Of a stretch of DNA of 64,000 bases, positions 37,301 to 50,300 are shown in pieces. A program made the position numbers and the translations under genes. The stretch covers positions 623,459-687,458 of the forward strand of contig NMRA01000198.1 of assembly GCA_002633005.1 (NCBI GenBank). The letters run 5' to 3'. The first letter of the stretch is position 1; every line of letters starts with the position of its first letter. This stretch comes from Phoronis australis. Taxonomy: Eukaryota; Animalia; Phoronida. Under the pieces are notes generated by a model. That model saw nothing but the letters and a program-made list of their open reading frames with translations, was not told the origin of the DNA and searched no databases.

Positions 37301-38327
37301 TTAAACCTATTGATGAGAATTTTGTAGTTGAAAATCTGGAAAATTTGTTTTCTGTTGGGGATTTATTTTTTGCTTTTTTGAAGTGATGCTACCTGGACGT
37401 CGGGAATTTTCCCAATCTGCAATTATCTTCCAAAGTTCGAGATTGTGAAATGCCGTTATGACATTTGATATTATCAAACTGATATTTCACTGTGGATAGT
37501 AGTTTTACAGGAATTATGTTTTGAAATTTTCAGCTTTGCCAACCATACATTCATATGGAGTACCTATGTAGGCATGTTATTACTATCGCGAGATACACAC
37601 AGTCACACACTATTGAATGAGAAATTGCATTTCCTTATCAAGTGCATGTTTGTTATGGAATTCCAAAACAAAGGCTTGTTTGATATGGAATTGAGGACAT
37701 TTCATTGAAATCTGTCCCAAACAAATATATACACTGCTGAGACTGTACATTTTCTAGCTTAGACACAGCTAGAGGCTGTGAGTGTCTATGCTAACAAGTA
37801 AGACAATATTCCTTTTATACTAGCTAGTTCTATGCCCACCGTTTTCCTTGTGACACTCTTAAATCATGACATCCAAATACTTAAAAATTTCACAAAGTGA
37901 CACACACATTTTTTGCAAGCTGAGTCCTCTTTGAATACGAAACGAGAAAAATCCAGTTCTACTAAAAACATTAAACTGGTCATGTATTTGGAATTAGTAA
38001 AGTGACGTGAAGTAGAAATACAGGTTACATTTTAACCATAAATTGTTACTGCATTACAGTAAAATTCATTTGTAAAATCGTGTGCGCAAAAAGTTGTTAA
38101 CAAGCTCAGATGACACGTCATGCAGTCTGTGATCGTCATTGACTATTGATCAATTTCCAATGACAACGCAAAACATGCAGAGAAATCTGCATATACCCAC
38201 TACTGTACAGAATCCTTGGTTGCATATAGGATAGTTATGTTTTCGCCTAAGTTCAAATGTATTTGCATATCACAAATTGTGGTATGGTAACAAATGGGAA
38301 CAAACACTGTACACATCGTACAACATA

Positions 38328-40142
38328 CCGTAAACGTTCGGGTTAACGCCCTGGGCGGTTAAATTGGCAAACCCAAAAAATCGGGGGTGGGCGGTTAACC
38401 AGACATGGGCGCTTAAACGCGAAACTTCAAAAAATCCAGGGTGGGCGGTTAACCGAACATGGGCGCTTATTACGACAGGCAAGCGCCCTGGGCGGTTAAT
38501 CTTACCTCGTGATCTAAGTACCCACACCACACACGTAGTCGTAGGCCTACTCGGAATGCGTAGCACTTTTCAAAGAGCGTTATCGTCGCGTCGCCACATG
38601 ACGGGAAAAATGTCATAACAGCGGATGATCCTAACAAAGGTTATCATGCCCTCAGATTAGTTATTCACTATTAAATTTATAGAATTGCTGAGTAATAGCC
38701 CCGTGCCGTCCTCCGGTCTTGTTATTTAGCCCTGTAGTGTAGAGCGCAGACGACCAGTGACCACGCAGCCTCTACTTGGATTGCAACTATTTCATCTTGC
38801 TAAAGTGTGCGCGTGCAAGCTTCACGTGTTGCAGAGGTCACAGCAGACATCAGATTTATGGTTACAGTCTCGTACTAGCTGCCAAGTTCATAGTCAGAGA
38901 GCAGTTTTAAAATTGGTTGTAATAAAAGTTTGAAAACCTTGATTCAGATGTTTTTTGTGTTTGGGATGTTTATAGTCAACACTCCGTGACTCAATGACAT
39001 TTTCAGCGTATGGTTCTGTGGCTTGCTGTTTTATCTCGACTGCCCGGCATTGCTCACTTGCCGTTGCGCCAAACATGCTCGGCAAAGAAGTAGGCCCAAG
39101 ACAAGAATCGGGGTTAAGCGGCCGTGTGCCACTCGTCAATCAAGAATAAAATTTCGAGCCACGGCATAAATATGTGATAAAACGCTACAAAACAGCGATG
39201 TTTCAATTCATAAACGATCACCTTACCAAACTTCGTGGTGGAAAAACATTTATTTTTCATGCAAGATGTCCAGATTATCCTATTTATATCACTTGCAATA
39301 TCGCACTGCGGCACTGTTCGGTCCCGTTGTTAGCGCGCAATGTCTCAGTCGGCTGACAATCGTGACTTGGAAATGCCGTCAAGTAATATAACGGCCTCTT
39401 TCAATATGCATCTCGTTTTTTATGGCCAAAGATAGCGGCGGGATTCAGCACGCGCGTAGGGCCTACGTGCGAGTCACCTGTCAATCACATGTTGGTGTCA
39501 AGGTAACATGCACTCCAAAGTGTGGGAACTTGCGCGCGTGCACCACTACAAAGTCACACATCAAAAGAGAATAGCGACAGTCCTAAGTAACAGAAACGGG
39601 CGTGACTATATACTTTTAACCATTGTCTCATTTCTCTGGCCTGATTTTTTCGAATATATGTTTTATCAAGTGCACTGCAGACGAAAACTCAGCGCGGCAG
39701 ACAAAGTCGCTGAAAGCGGAGGTTTTGACGCCGGCGGCGTTCTTAAACTTTGCAAACATGGGAAGAAAATAAAGTGACAAAAACGTTCAAGTATTATATT
39801 TTGAAGTGAGTCCATGACCCAAGACAATAACTCGTTACTTGTATAATTGCAATTCACATTGCTAAACCACCGTCTCGGAGGCCCGGCGTTGTTGCGCTCA
39901 TTGTGATCATCGATCTTTTTCTAAAAGTCGGGGAATCGCGCATTTCTTTAGCACTGGGCGCTAAATCTTCATTCTTTAAAAGTCGGGGATGGGCGCTTAA
40001 CCGAGAGGTGGGCGCTTAACTGGAAATCTTCAAAAATCGCAGGGGGGAGCTTAACCGAGCAGTGGGCGGTTAAATCGAAAATCCACCTAAAGTAGGGGGT
40101 GGGCGGTTAACTGAGCATGGGCGTTAACCCAAACGTTTACGG
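38328..40142. mobile_element. Non-autonomous Tc1/mariner-pogo-type DNA transposon (~1.8 kb)
   Basis: TA|CCGTAAACGTTCGGGTTAACGCC ... GGCGTTAACCCAAACGTTTACGG|TA terminal inverted repeats with TA TSD. Subterminal GGGCGGTTAA repeats at both ends. Confidence 0.8.
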
Positions 40143-41370
40143 TATATTTACATTATGGACTTGTGTGGCTTGATAAATGATCTTGAGTTTTTATAATGGC
40201 ATGAATTGTATACTCTAATACAGCCTTATTTCTCTTATAATATATCTGTCTTTCATACCAAAGAAAAGTTAGATTTTATTTAATGTGAAACCTTGCCAGT
40301 GAATTGATTTCTAAATCATTCTTGATAAGATATTCAGTTTGGAAGTAAACTGATTTTAAAGTGTTAGTTTTATTACTTAAATCAAATATCTAGCTATTTT
40401 TCAATTATTTACCCATTGGCTAGGACTTGAGTGTCTTCCTCAGTTGTTGTCTGGACATAATTGTAAGTTTGTCTGTAATTCACTTGGGAGTTTGTGCAGC
40501 TTGTAGTTATTGATTTTAAATAGAGTCGCAGATGTTACTCAGTGTGTAGGGTGAATTGATTTTGTGGCCTTGTTTTGGCACACTGGCCAACTCAGTGGTC
40601 TGAGTCAGTGCTGTAGTGGGGCCTGGGCGTAGGCGCATGTAGGCCAGCCAACCGCCTTTTGGCATTTGAATGTAGCGCCTAGGCACCGTAAGTTACGTTC
40701 AGTGCTCTAGGTGATACGGTGGGTTTTGGGCGCCTACTTACCTCTTATTTTTCCACCACAGCACTGGTGTGAGTAATCTACAAGAAGATGATTGCTGGAT
40801 GTATCTTGTTGGAAATTATCACACATTGGAATAATTAGCTTAAGGAGACACAATTGAATGAAAAATGCATTTTTGGGGTTACTGTTGGATGGGATAGACT
40901 TTTTGAAGTTATCAGCTTTGACTTGAGATAAAACAACAAAATTCTCCATTTTTGTTATTTGATTGCAAATTGCAAGTTCTCGGCATTGTCTGCCAGTCAT
41001 TCACTGAACTCAAGGCCAGTTACATATGCTTAACTCTGCCATCTACCATTAGGTGTCTAACTCCAAAGCATCGGACTGCCATGGTTTAAATTGCGAGTTT
41101 GATTTCGTGTTGGGATGTTCTTGCTTATAATGTTACTTAAATCACCAATTGCATCGTTGCTGATAGGGTGGCATTTCTATCACTAAATTAACATCTAGTT
41201 ACTCTATCCCCTGTAAAAAATGGTTGATGTACTTTTGCAAATTATATAATATGTTACATTCAAGCCAGGGCTTTAAGAATGTTTTTGGTTTTAAAGATGT
41301 TGTATGTAAACTATTTGGTTGAAATTTCCAGTTTCAATGGATGGTAGTTGACTGACTGCCGATTGTAGGC

Positions 41371-44300
41371 ATGGCAAGTTCTAGTATGTCCACGGAATCC
41401 ATTCCTGCATCTGCAACATCGGGAAATGAAAGTGAACAAGTGTCTGATGATGAGACGGCTGGGTCTGAGGCCTCGGAGAATGTCGAACAAGAGTAAGTTA
41501 TGTTTTAAGACTCTGTCAAAGCAATAAAAGTTGACCGATCATGGAGTTTGAGATTTGCTGAAAAATGGCGTCCAATTCAGAATATTTTCTATCATCTGTT
41601 TAGGCACCATTGGTAATGATGTGGGCTTAGGTAATGGAATTAACAAGCTGAAGTTGCTTCTTAAAACATCATTTCTCAAACCTTTTGGTCTATTTACTCT
41701 AATCTCTAGCCTATTTTTTTGGCGCAATGTTTTGGTTGGTCTCAGTGGCTTAGTAGTGCAGAGTGCTGAATTGAAAACTAAAAGGTCCTACGTTCAAACC
41801 CCGTCCTGCACCAGGAAAAATACAATATAAGTGCATGAGGTTACCAGATATCCTGTGCTCATTCTTTTAAGAATGCTGTAACACCTGAAGATTGTTGGAG
41901 AAATTACTAATGTTTCCATGAAAATAGGATAGAGGTTGGTGTAAACAGACCTATAGATTTGCTGATAAGATCAGATAACAACCTGTAATAACTAAAATGC
42001 AATAACCCAGTTGACACACCCAAATATACAAAAGAAGACTGGTTGTGAATAACTTGCCTTAGCTTTACCACCAGCCTATTCATGGCTCAGTGCACATACT
42101 CCTGAAAGCAGAGGTTCTGTGTTGCATTCATGATGTGAGAGGCCAGTACCAGGTTGCATGAAACAGCCTCAAATAGGGACTCAATAGCGGATTTGCAGTG
42201 CAGACGAACTACGCATTGCGCATGTGCGAGTTACTTCCTTCGCGAAGGCTCATGGGATAGCTTGTGGTCAGGCATGTCTTGAGCAGGCTGGATAGTGTGT
42301 GCATTTGGATTGATTTGCAAACTAAAAACCATGTTTCATTTTTTTGCTTTATAATACCAAGCAAGTCCTCTCTCTCGTTTGTAAACACAGCGTAGCTATG
42401 ATCAGTGACCGAGTGACCGAGGGAACGACTGTCGTCATGTTCAGTATTGGGGCTATCGGCGTTGATTTCGAAATCTCCTCCGGTTTCAGACAAGTTGAGA
42501 GTTCTTGGGTTGCTTAACTTTTGTAGCTTTCGCCGTGGATATGCTAGAGACGTTAATTTTACGAGGAAACTCCGTCGGAATGTTGTTCTCATAAGTCTTT
42601 TTTCACCAGGAAAATGTTCGCTGCACACACGATGGCCCCTAGGCAATTACATCGCACTGGATGCCGCAGGCATTCAGGGGCGATAGTACATCCTCACAAA
42701 AAGTTACTCATTTCAAAATACAGCAAATAAAATCAAATGAACCATACATATAGGAACNNNNNNNNNNNNNNNNNNNNNNNNNNNNNNNNNNNNNNNNNNN
42801 NNNNNNNNNNNNNNNNNNNNNNNNNNNNNNNNNNNNNNNNNNNNNNTTTAAACAGTACACACCATGGAATTTTGCACATTTTGAATTACCGGTGGCCACA
42901 GACTAAATGTATGACGTAAAATTTAGCTAAACCCATGTTTATTTTGTGTAATTAGCTCGAAATTTTGATTTTTCTTTCAATTTTGCCAATTTTCACATTT
43001 CCCGCCATGTGACGTCATGGGTTGAACACAAGAGATCAGTGACCAGCATTGAACAATGGCGGAGAGCAGTGAATTTGAAAGCGACGACGATTATGAGCAA
43101 GAATTAAATAAATACTATGAAGAAACGTACGGGAATGGTGGCCAGGATGAGGAAATGGGGTTGCACGAAAGCGAGAACAAGTTTGATGTCCTTCCGGCTG
43201 CGTACTTTTCTACTTTGAGCCTTACGAACTGGATCCTCCCGCGAGAGAAGCGGCCTCGGGCTCGGCGAGTCAACCCAGTCATCCAACAGACGATCCTGAA
43301 TTAAGAGCCGATGTTTCTGAATGATAAATATTGTCCTTTATTGAACCAGGCCTTCATCGTAACATCTCCTGTGACTGGAGTTGAAACACGAGTCCTCAAA
43401 GTGGGCAAAACACAGAGTGGCCCCGGACCGAATCGCTTGGTCCACGATGAGGTCCCACACTCTCGTTAGGCGCACGAAGCGATGTCACTTCAGCGCAACT
43501 TTGGTGTCCTTCGGAACACCGAGATGTTCTCCGCCTGTCTGCTGTTGCTGCAGCCTCCGGCAACATATCTTTTGATCCCTCTACGAACCTTCTTTGCTTT
43601 CACTTCACTCTATACACTTTGTCTCTGATCCGAACAGTATGGCGAACGACTTGGGTTCAACCCATGACGTTGTACATAATTTTTTTTTTTTCAATTTTTG
43701 CGTGTTTCTTTATGAGCTGTGCACTAAAGGCACTGAAATCAAGTAAGATATAATAATAAAATTTATTTTGAGGTACTAGAGTCATGTTGTGTACACTTTA
43801 ACTGCAACCAAAAAAGTGGAGTTGTAATTCTTCGCCAAAGTCAACTTAATTCTCACAACTAAGCTTCATCAAAGATATGTATAGAAGTAAAAAGGACCAA
43901 TGATGAAAGTAAGCGTTTCTTAAATGGTAGTTTTAAGTGTAGATTGTATTTTTGATGAGGTGAAAACTCGAAATCGGTAACCCAAATCCGGTCACGGCCC
44001 ATTTAAAATACACTGAAGTAACGAAATCAATACAGAAAGCGAATGGAAGTATTGTAGCCCCTATAGGGCCAACCGAGGGGCTACGTGTTGCCTACTAGAT
44101 GGCCCCGCGTTGGTTTGAATGCACTAAATTTCCCCTTTCTCCCAGCTCTCCTAATGTTGTTTATCCATTTTCACGAAGTTCTTGGTTTGCAGGGAACACA
44201 TAAAAACTCTGATTTTTATCTCTCTTGTTGTTTTTGAAGCAGCCAGGAACACAACAAGTATATCCGCCGTAAGTTTTCTTCGCGCTCATACCGCGTATTA

Positions 44301-47300
44301 TGCTTGTTACTATGGCCGCTTTCAGAATCCTGACCACAGCACCCACAATGCACCATTTTAACCTAATTTCAATATGGCGTCGCTGCAAATCCGCTATTAA
44401 CTTCCCTAAATCTTTGCATATTTGCGTCTTTGTTTACTGACATGTTTAGTATGATCTCCTCTTTGACTAAAGACATTTTCTAATAATATAACTAAAAAGT
44501 GAGCCCTGAATTCAATGAAAATATATAGGGACTTAGTCCTTAAGTTAGGTGTGTTGCATGAAAAGATCGTTATACATTTTCGATAATATTTAGAATTCAA
44601 CGTCCAATTCACTGTTGATTTGTATCAGACCCAAAAATTGACGTAGTAATGAAACTAAAACACACAAGAAAGGACAATCAGTGTTTTCATAAGTCCACAA
44701 ATACGCAGTAGATTTAGGGAACTTAGTTGAGTCCCTATTTGGGACTGTTTCATGCAACCCGCCATAAGGCTCTAAAACCAAATTCTACACAAGGTGTACT
44801 TGACATGGAACATCTGACAGAGAACAGCTGACTGGGAAGAAGTATAAACATGTGTATAAACATGATTGACAAGGAGCAAATTGACACCACAGCAACCATT
44901 TCTTTCAAAGGTTTGAGAGGTAGAGCAAGTTGCACTGATCAGTTGCTCTAGTGTCAACTGTAGGTCTAAACACATACTGGGGCAAGGCAGATGTGATCAT
45001 CACTCCGAACATACACAGACTATCTTTGTACAATTGACTTCCATGCTGATCCAGTGTACCATAATGTCAAGTAGAGCAACTTGTGCCATGGCAAGCGTGT
45101 CTCATTAATAAAAGGCGCAAGGTCCGTGTGCTACATGATGAATGCTTCAGACACCCTTCCACACAACTTGTGATTAGCCTTTTAAATGTAGAGATACTAA
45201 TTAATTACTGGTGTTATGTATATGTTACAGTTCACAGTCTAGTCAGATTGTACTGTCTGGGGCAGGCAAGAAGTGCCCATTGCTCATCTTCAGAGCTGAT
45301 GTCGTGTACAAAAGAGTGGCAGAGGTGAAGGCTATTGGAGGTATGGGTTGACTGCGGGGAAATACTTCCATTGAGGAGGTGTATGGGACTTGTTGCTCAG
45401 AGGGGATACTTTTTGCACAGTTAGTTTCTCTATGGAATGGGGTGTTTACCGACAAATTATGTACAAATAGTGCCCCTTGCAAATTTTCGCTTTTTTCGAG
45501 TCCACTCTCTAAATTTATGGATATAATTCAAATTTTCCAGGTACACTCCTCTGTTGAAAATATTTAGTTGAGTACCCCTTTGTATTGACTGTTTGTTGTC
45601 TACCATAAAGGCTGGCTAAATGTAGAGTATCTAATGCTATTTCGTCATTTGTAGTGATTTCAGGGGTCATTTTTACACAACAACCTGAAATAATTATCTT
45701 ATGATTTAGATGTCTAACAGGGAAAATTAGTGTGACCCTGGCTTGATAATTAAGTTGGATCAGCTGGGATTTTTATTTTAGAGCTGTATTCATTTTCCGG
45801 ACAAAAATGCTTTGCTTGCCTTAATTAAAATGAAGCTCCACAATGCTAGTGTGCGTGACCGATGACAGTATTGCCATTGAAAATTTTTGCCGTGTAATTT
45901 GATGTTCTGTCTATCTAATATGTAACTGTGGCACATTTTTGTTTCAGAAAAGTACCACATGGCCTATAAACTAATCAAAACAGAGTGCAAGTTATTGCGA
46001 ACTATCCTAAACGGTCATGGCTTTCATGAAGTAAGTTACTCCAAGGTTTATGATCTTGATTTTTAAACTTTTTTCCCATTTCGTAATGGATGTCTCTGTT
46101 TACCTAGTGGAAATATGTTTCATGACTGGAAGTATGATGTGACAATTTTGTTTCATACTTTGTTAAAGGTGCTGGTGGTAGTTAAAGCTTGAATTTCAGT
46201 GTAACTCATTAAAGACTTATAACTTATAGCCCGTACAATGCCTCTTTCAAAAGCCATTGTTTTTGCTCATCTTTTGGAGTGGAACCCTTTGTTTTTGGTG
46301 TTTTAATATGGTTACACCATGTACCAAATGTCATTCATTGATGGCGTAAGAGGAAGGTGTACCACCGTTTGCTTGGTTTATTTGTGTTCGAGGTTTGCAG
46401 CTTGACCTAGTGCAGCAAAAGCACTCTTGATCCTAGATAAGCAATGATCATTTGGTTGTTATGATGTTGTTAATTTCCTGAGTAGGGTATAAAATTGTTG
46501 TTTGTCTCCCTTTGTATAGGCTCACCCCAACAGTAATGACTTCAACTTGATGTGGACGGGGTCACACATCAAACCATACGTTCTGAGGGCATTGACCGAG
46601 TTCCAGAAGGTCAACCACTTCCCAAGGTCATATGAGATCACACGAAAAGACCGCCTCTATAAAAACATTCAACGAATGCAACAGACTAAGGTGTGTGCTG
46701 CTGCTCTCGTATTTAAATTGTAGGAAGGTTTTTAGTGAAAATGCTAACATACATGGCTCAATGTTGCAGGATATTGTGGTGATGTGTTCATGGCTCTCAT
46801 TACCTGGTGGTTGTCCGGTAGTGCCTTCTATTCGACTTTGCTCCACACTGGAATTAAAGCGCTCTTTTTAAGCTTTTTCCACTTACGCATCTTGTTAAAA
46901 CAAAAAAATGACACACCCATTGTATTTGCTCATACTAAAAATGACCAACTATAGATCATTGCATTGTTAGCTTCTCAAGTTAAAAAAGCGGGAATGGGTC
47001 CATTTGATCAAAGGCTGTACACTCAGTGATAGCTAATATCATTATATTTTAAATTTAAATCGCGCACATATTTATGTCTCATGAAGTTGATCGTTGAATG
47101 TGAATACGGTCATTGGCTAATTTATGCCTTTTGGAATGTCTAGTTCTTTTGAACAGTACAAGATTATATTTTCAATGATTTGCCTATGGCTGTCATAGCT
47201 ATGACATGATTTCTACCTTTGGTATATGGTGCCCCAAATATCCTGGCCTATTTGAAGGCTAATTATCAGTTTGGTGACGAGATGTTATGCAAACTTTCGC

Positions 47301-50300
47301 GTGTACATTTTTTCTAGATGGGGTTAGAGTGGTCAGATGGATGTTGATTGATGCTTCTTTCAATCTTAATTTCAGGGTATGAAGCACTTTGACTTCATCC
47401 CACAAAGTTTTATCACTCCAGCTGAGTTTCAGGATTTTTGCTGTAAGTATTGACTTGGCCATGTACTAAGAGTGTACTGTGTGGTGTGGTGTTTGGCCTA
47501 CAAGGGATTTCTGAATCGGACTTTTTTCTGAGTAATTTGTGTTTTAGCTTCTACTACTGTTAGCAACCAAGTGAGAACTGGTTTTGGAGTTATGGTGCGA
47601 GCTACTGTTTTCAATGTTTTTCTCTTAGAACTTTGTCTGCTTATGGTTGAACAGTTCTAAAATGCAATTCGCTCATTTTTTGTTCGAGTTACTCCGAGCT
47701 GGTCCAACTCATTACTTCAAGAGTGCATCAATTCTTTGTAGCGGAGTTCATGCGAAACGGTGGAATGTGGATTGTAAAACCGTGCGCCATGGCTCGGGGG
47801 AAAGGCATATTCCTGATCAGTGATGTACATTTGATGTTACTGACTGCTTGCTTTACAAACACATGTTGTGAACTGACAGACATTGTAATCATGTGTCGTC
47901 ACTATCTGTTTATTTTCACGGCTGAATTTTTAGTGCTAAAGTTTCTATTCCTCCAAGGACTTTAGCCAGTTCCAGTCTTTGCAGTTCTAGCGTGTCAATA
48001 CCACTTAAACAGTCCTTGATGTTGTACTGTTTGGTTGTAACTTACTTGATCCTGGATGAGAAACACATCTATGTTGCGGGTGCGCAAGAAAAACTTTTAT
48101 GCCGCAGATGCGCGAATCTTTTAGCAATCCCTAATATCGTTATATGATGAATTTAACGTGACACACATGCCTGTCCCTGTTCAGACATGGTGTTTATGAA
48201 ACTAACTGCTTGTTAGTATTTTGGTGTATGCTAGTGTAACCTTCTACTTCTGTTAGCGTTCCTGTTATTCCCAGTTACATGGGTAGAATATGTTTGAGAA
48301 CTGAAAAATTGTGTCTGTGTCTGTACGCAGCAGAGCTCTTTGTTGAATGATTGTAGCATGACTGTATCGCAGCTGTACTCCTTGTGGAACTGAAGCTCAG
48401 TAGTGCTGAAAAGTGATGCATTTTACATAGATTTTAGTCTACTTAAGGGAATCTTTAACAGAAAAGATTGAGAAAATTATGAGGTTCTGTTTCGCTATGT
48501 AATTTATCAAGGTTTTTTAGGACCTTATTGACAAGTCTGTGCATGTGGTCAAATATCTACAAAATTTTAACTTTAATACTAAAAGTATGTATTTTTTGAA
48601 AGCAGACATCCTGTACAATTTGATTTCTTTTTGCTAAATGTGCCGTTGATTTTGTCACATTACTGTGTCTTTTATGAGTCCTATTACTGATAACATCTTA
48701 TGCTAAACAGAAACGTTTGAAAAACATTTTCCAGCAGCATTTTGGATGACAGTGCATAAAGCATAATGTCTGAAAGTTTCACATGAATCCAACCAGCCAT
48801 TTCTGAGATGTAATGTTCCAAAAATGGCCTAATTTGTGAAATTTTCTAGCGTACTATCTAATCTATGTGGAGGAAAGTTCGATTTCTTGGTTATCTAACA
48901 GCATCATCTTTGCAAAGCTTTTTTATAAAAAGCTTTTAAAAGAAGTGAGAGAGGCACAAGAAAACAACACCTTTCCTTTTAAATTTTAGCAGAACTTTGA
49001 ATATCTATCTAGTAATTACTCAGCTATTGGGGGACCACGATTTCTTACTTTCTGCAAAAAAATATCTGACGAAATTGAGCCCAGATCATTTACACTCGGT
49101 AAAATTATAAACTTGACTTTCCACTTTCTGCACTGAAGTAAATTGTAGGTCTGGCTCTGTAATACAGACAGAAATCCAGACTCAAGATGTCTCTTCGCTA
49201 AATCGCTCTACTTGGAATTAATGTTATTCTCAATTCTACTTTCCACATAATATTGCCAAAAAATTCAAGTGCGACATTGGATAAGGTTAACCCAGGCTCA
49301 AACTGGGGCTGAGTAGAGATTATGCCCGAGTTGGTGGTTGAATCTCTGGTCATGAGGTTTAGAAATTTGCGTCGTGCCTACAAGTTTTTATCCTGTACCT
49401 TTGTGGAGGGCTGGTTGTGATGGAGAGGTTGTGTAATGCTGTTCATGGTGTTATTGTTTTGTTGCATTTTGCGTTGCTAAGTTACATGTTATTCTTGTGT
49501 TGGTTGTAGCCGCTTTCCTTAAGGACAAAGGCCCGTGGATCGTGAAGCCTGTGGCTTCCTCTCGGGGAAGGGGCATATTTTTAGCTACGCATGTAAGTCT
49601 GCCTGCTGCTGTCAGTCAATAATGAAAAAGGCGGAGTTTCACTCCTTTGTTTGCCAATCAACAAGAAGAAAAAATGATTTCCAATCTAGCACCAAGCCAT
49701 CCAGAGTGTACACATGTCAAACTGTCCAGAGCATTTAATACAAAAGATTTCATATCAGTGCATGTCAGTAGCTGATATGGGAGTGAGTGATTCTCAAACC
49801 GAAAAAACTTGCGGTGGCAATTAACATGCATGGTTTGCATGCTTTGAATGGTGGCTTTTGTCTTCGTATATGTTTCATACGACGCGTGTTTTACCTTACA
49901 AGTTTTTTGTTTTATGGTTGGAACTAATAATCTTATAGTTAGGTTTCAATTATAAGGAATAACTAATATGCTTAAAATTGATAATTAACAATGGTTAATT
50001 GATTGAACAATATTGTGATCAGCTTGCTTGTATTTTCCATGATTTATTCCCTACTTTGTGTCGCACACCCTTCCAACTAATTGATCTTTTTCACTACAGC
50101 CCGATCAAGTGCCATTGGATGAAACCTTTATTGTGGCAAAGTACGTCAACAACCCACTTACCATCGATGGTATGTAGTTGTCTTCTCTGTTAGCATCAGG
50201 CATTTGGTCATATTATGTAGTGCACGAAATTGTTGTCTAGCTAATGTGTTCAGTGAATATTTAGAAAGTAAGGATGTTGAACGAAAATGATTCTGTCGGA

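Larger units (their letters stand above)
42640..44097. mobile_element. Non-autonomous AcademH-like family 2, copy 2 (inserted in the THAP ORF)
   Basis: TAGGCAA...TTGCCTACTA termini, perfect 9-bp TSD GATGGCCCC (42631-42639 / 44098-44106). Spans the N gap. Confidence 0.7.
42186..44395 (-). mobile_element. ISL2EU-like deletion derivative carrying a broken THAP-domain ORF
   Basis: AT|AGCGGATTTGCAG ... CTGCAAATCCGCT|AT TIRs. Minus strand reads CCVPGC.....SFYVFP ... KPTRGH|RVCSEHFPG once the inner insertion is removed. Confidence 0.7.

Noticed and set aside
41845-41905. YPVLIL...KIVGE resembling TTLL5 coding exon 2
   Set aside because: It has an in-frame stop and no proper splice sites; a better exon 2 lies at 45231-45340.
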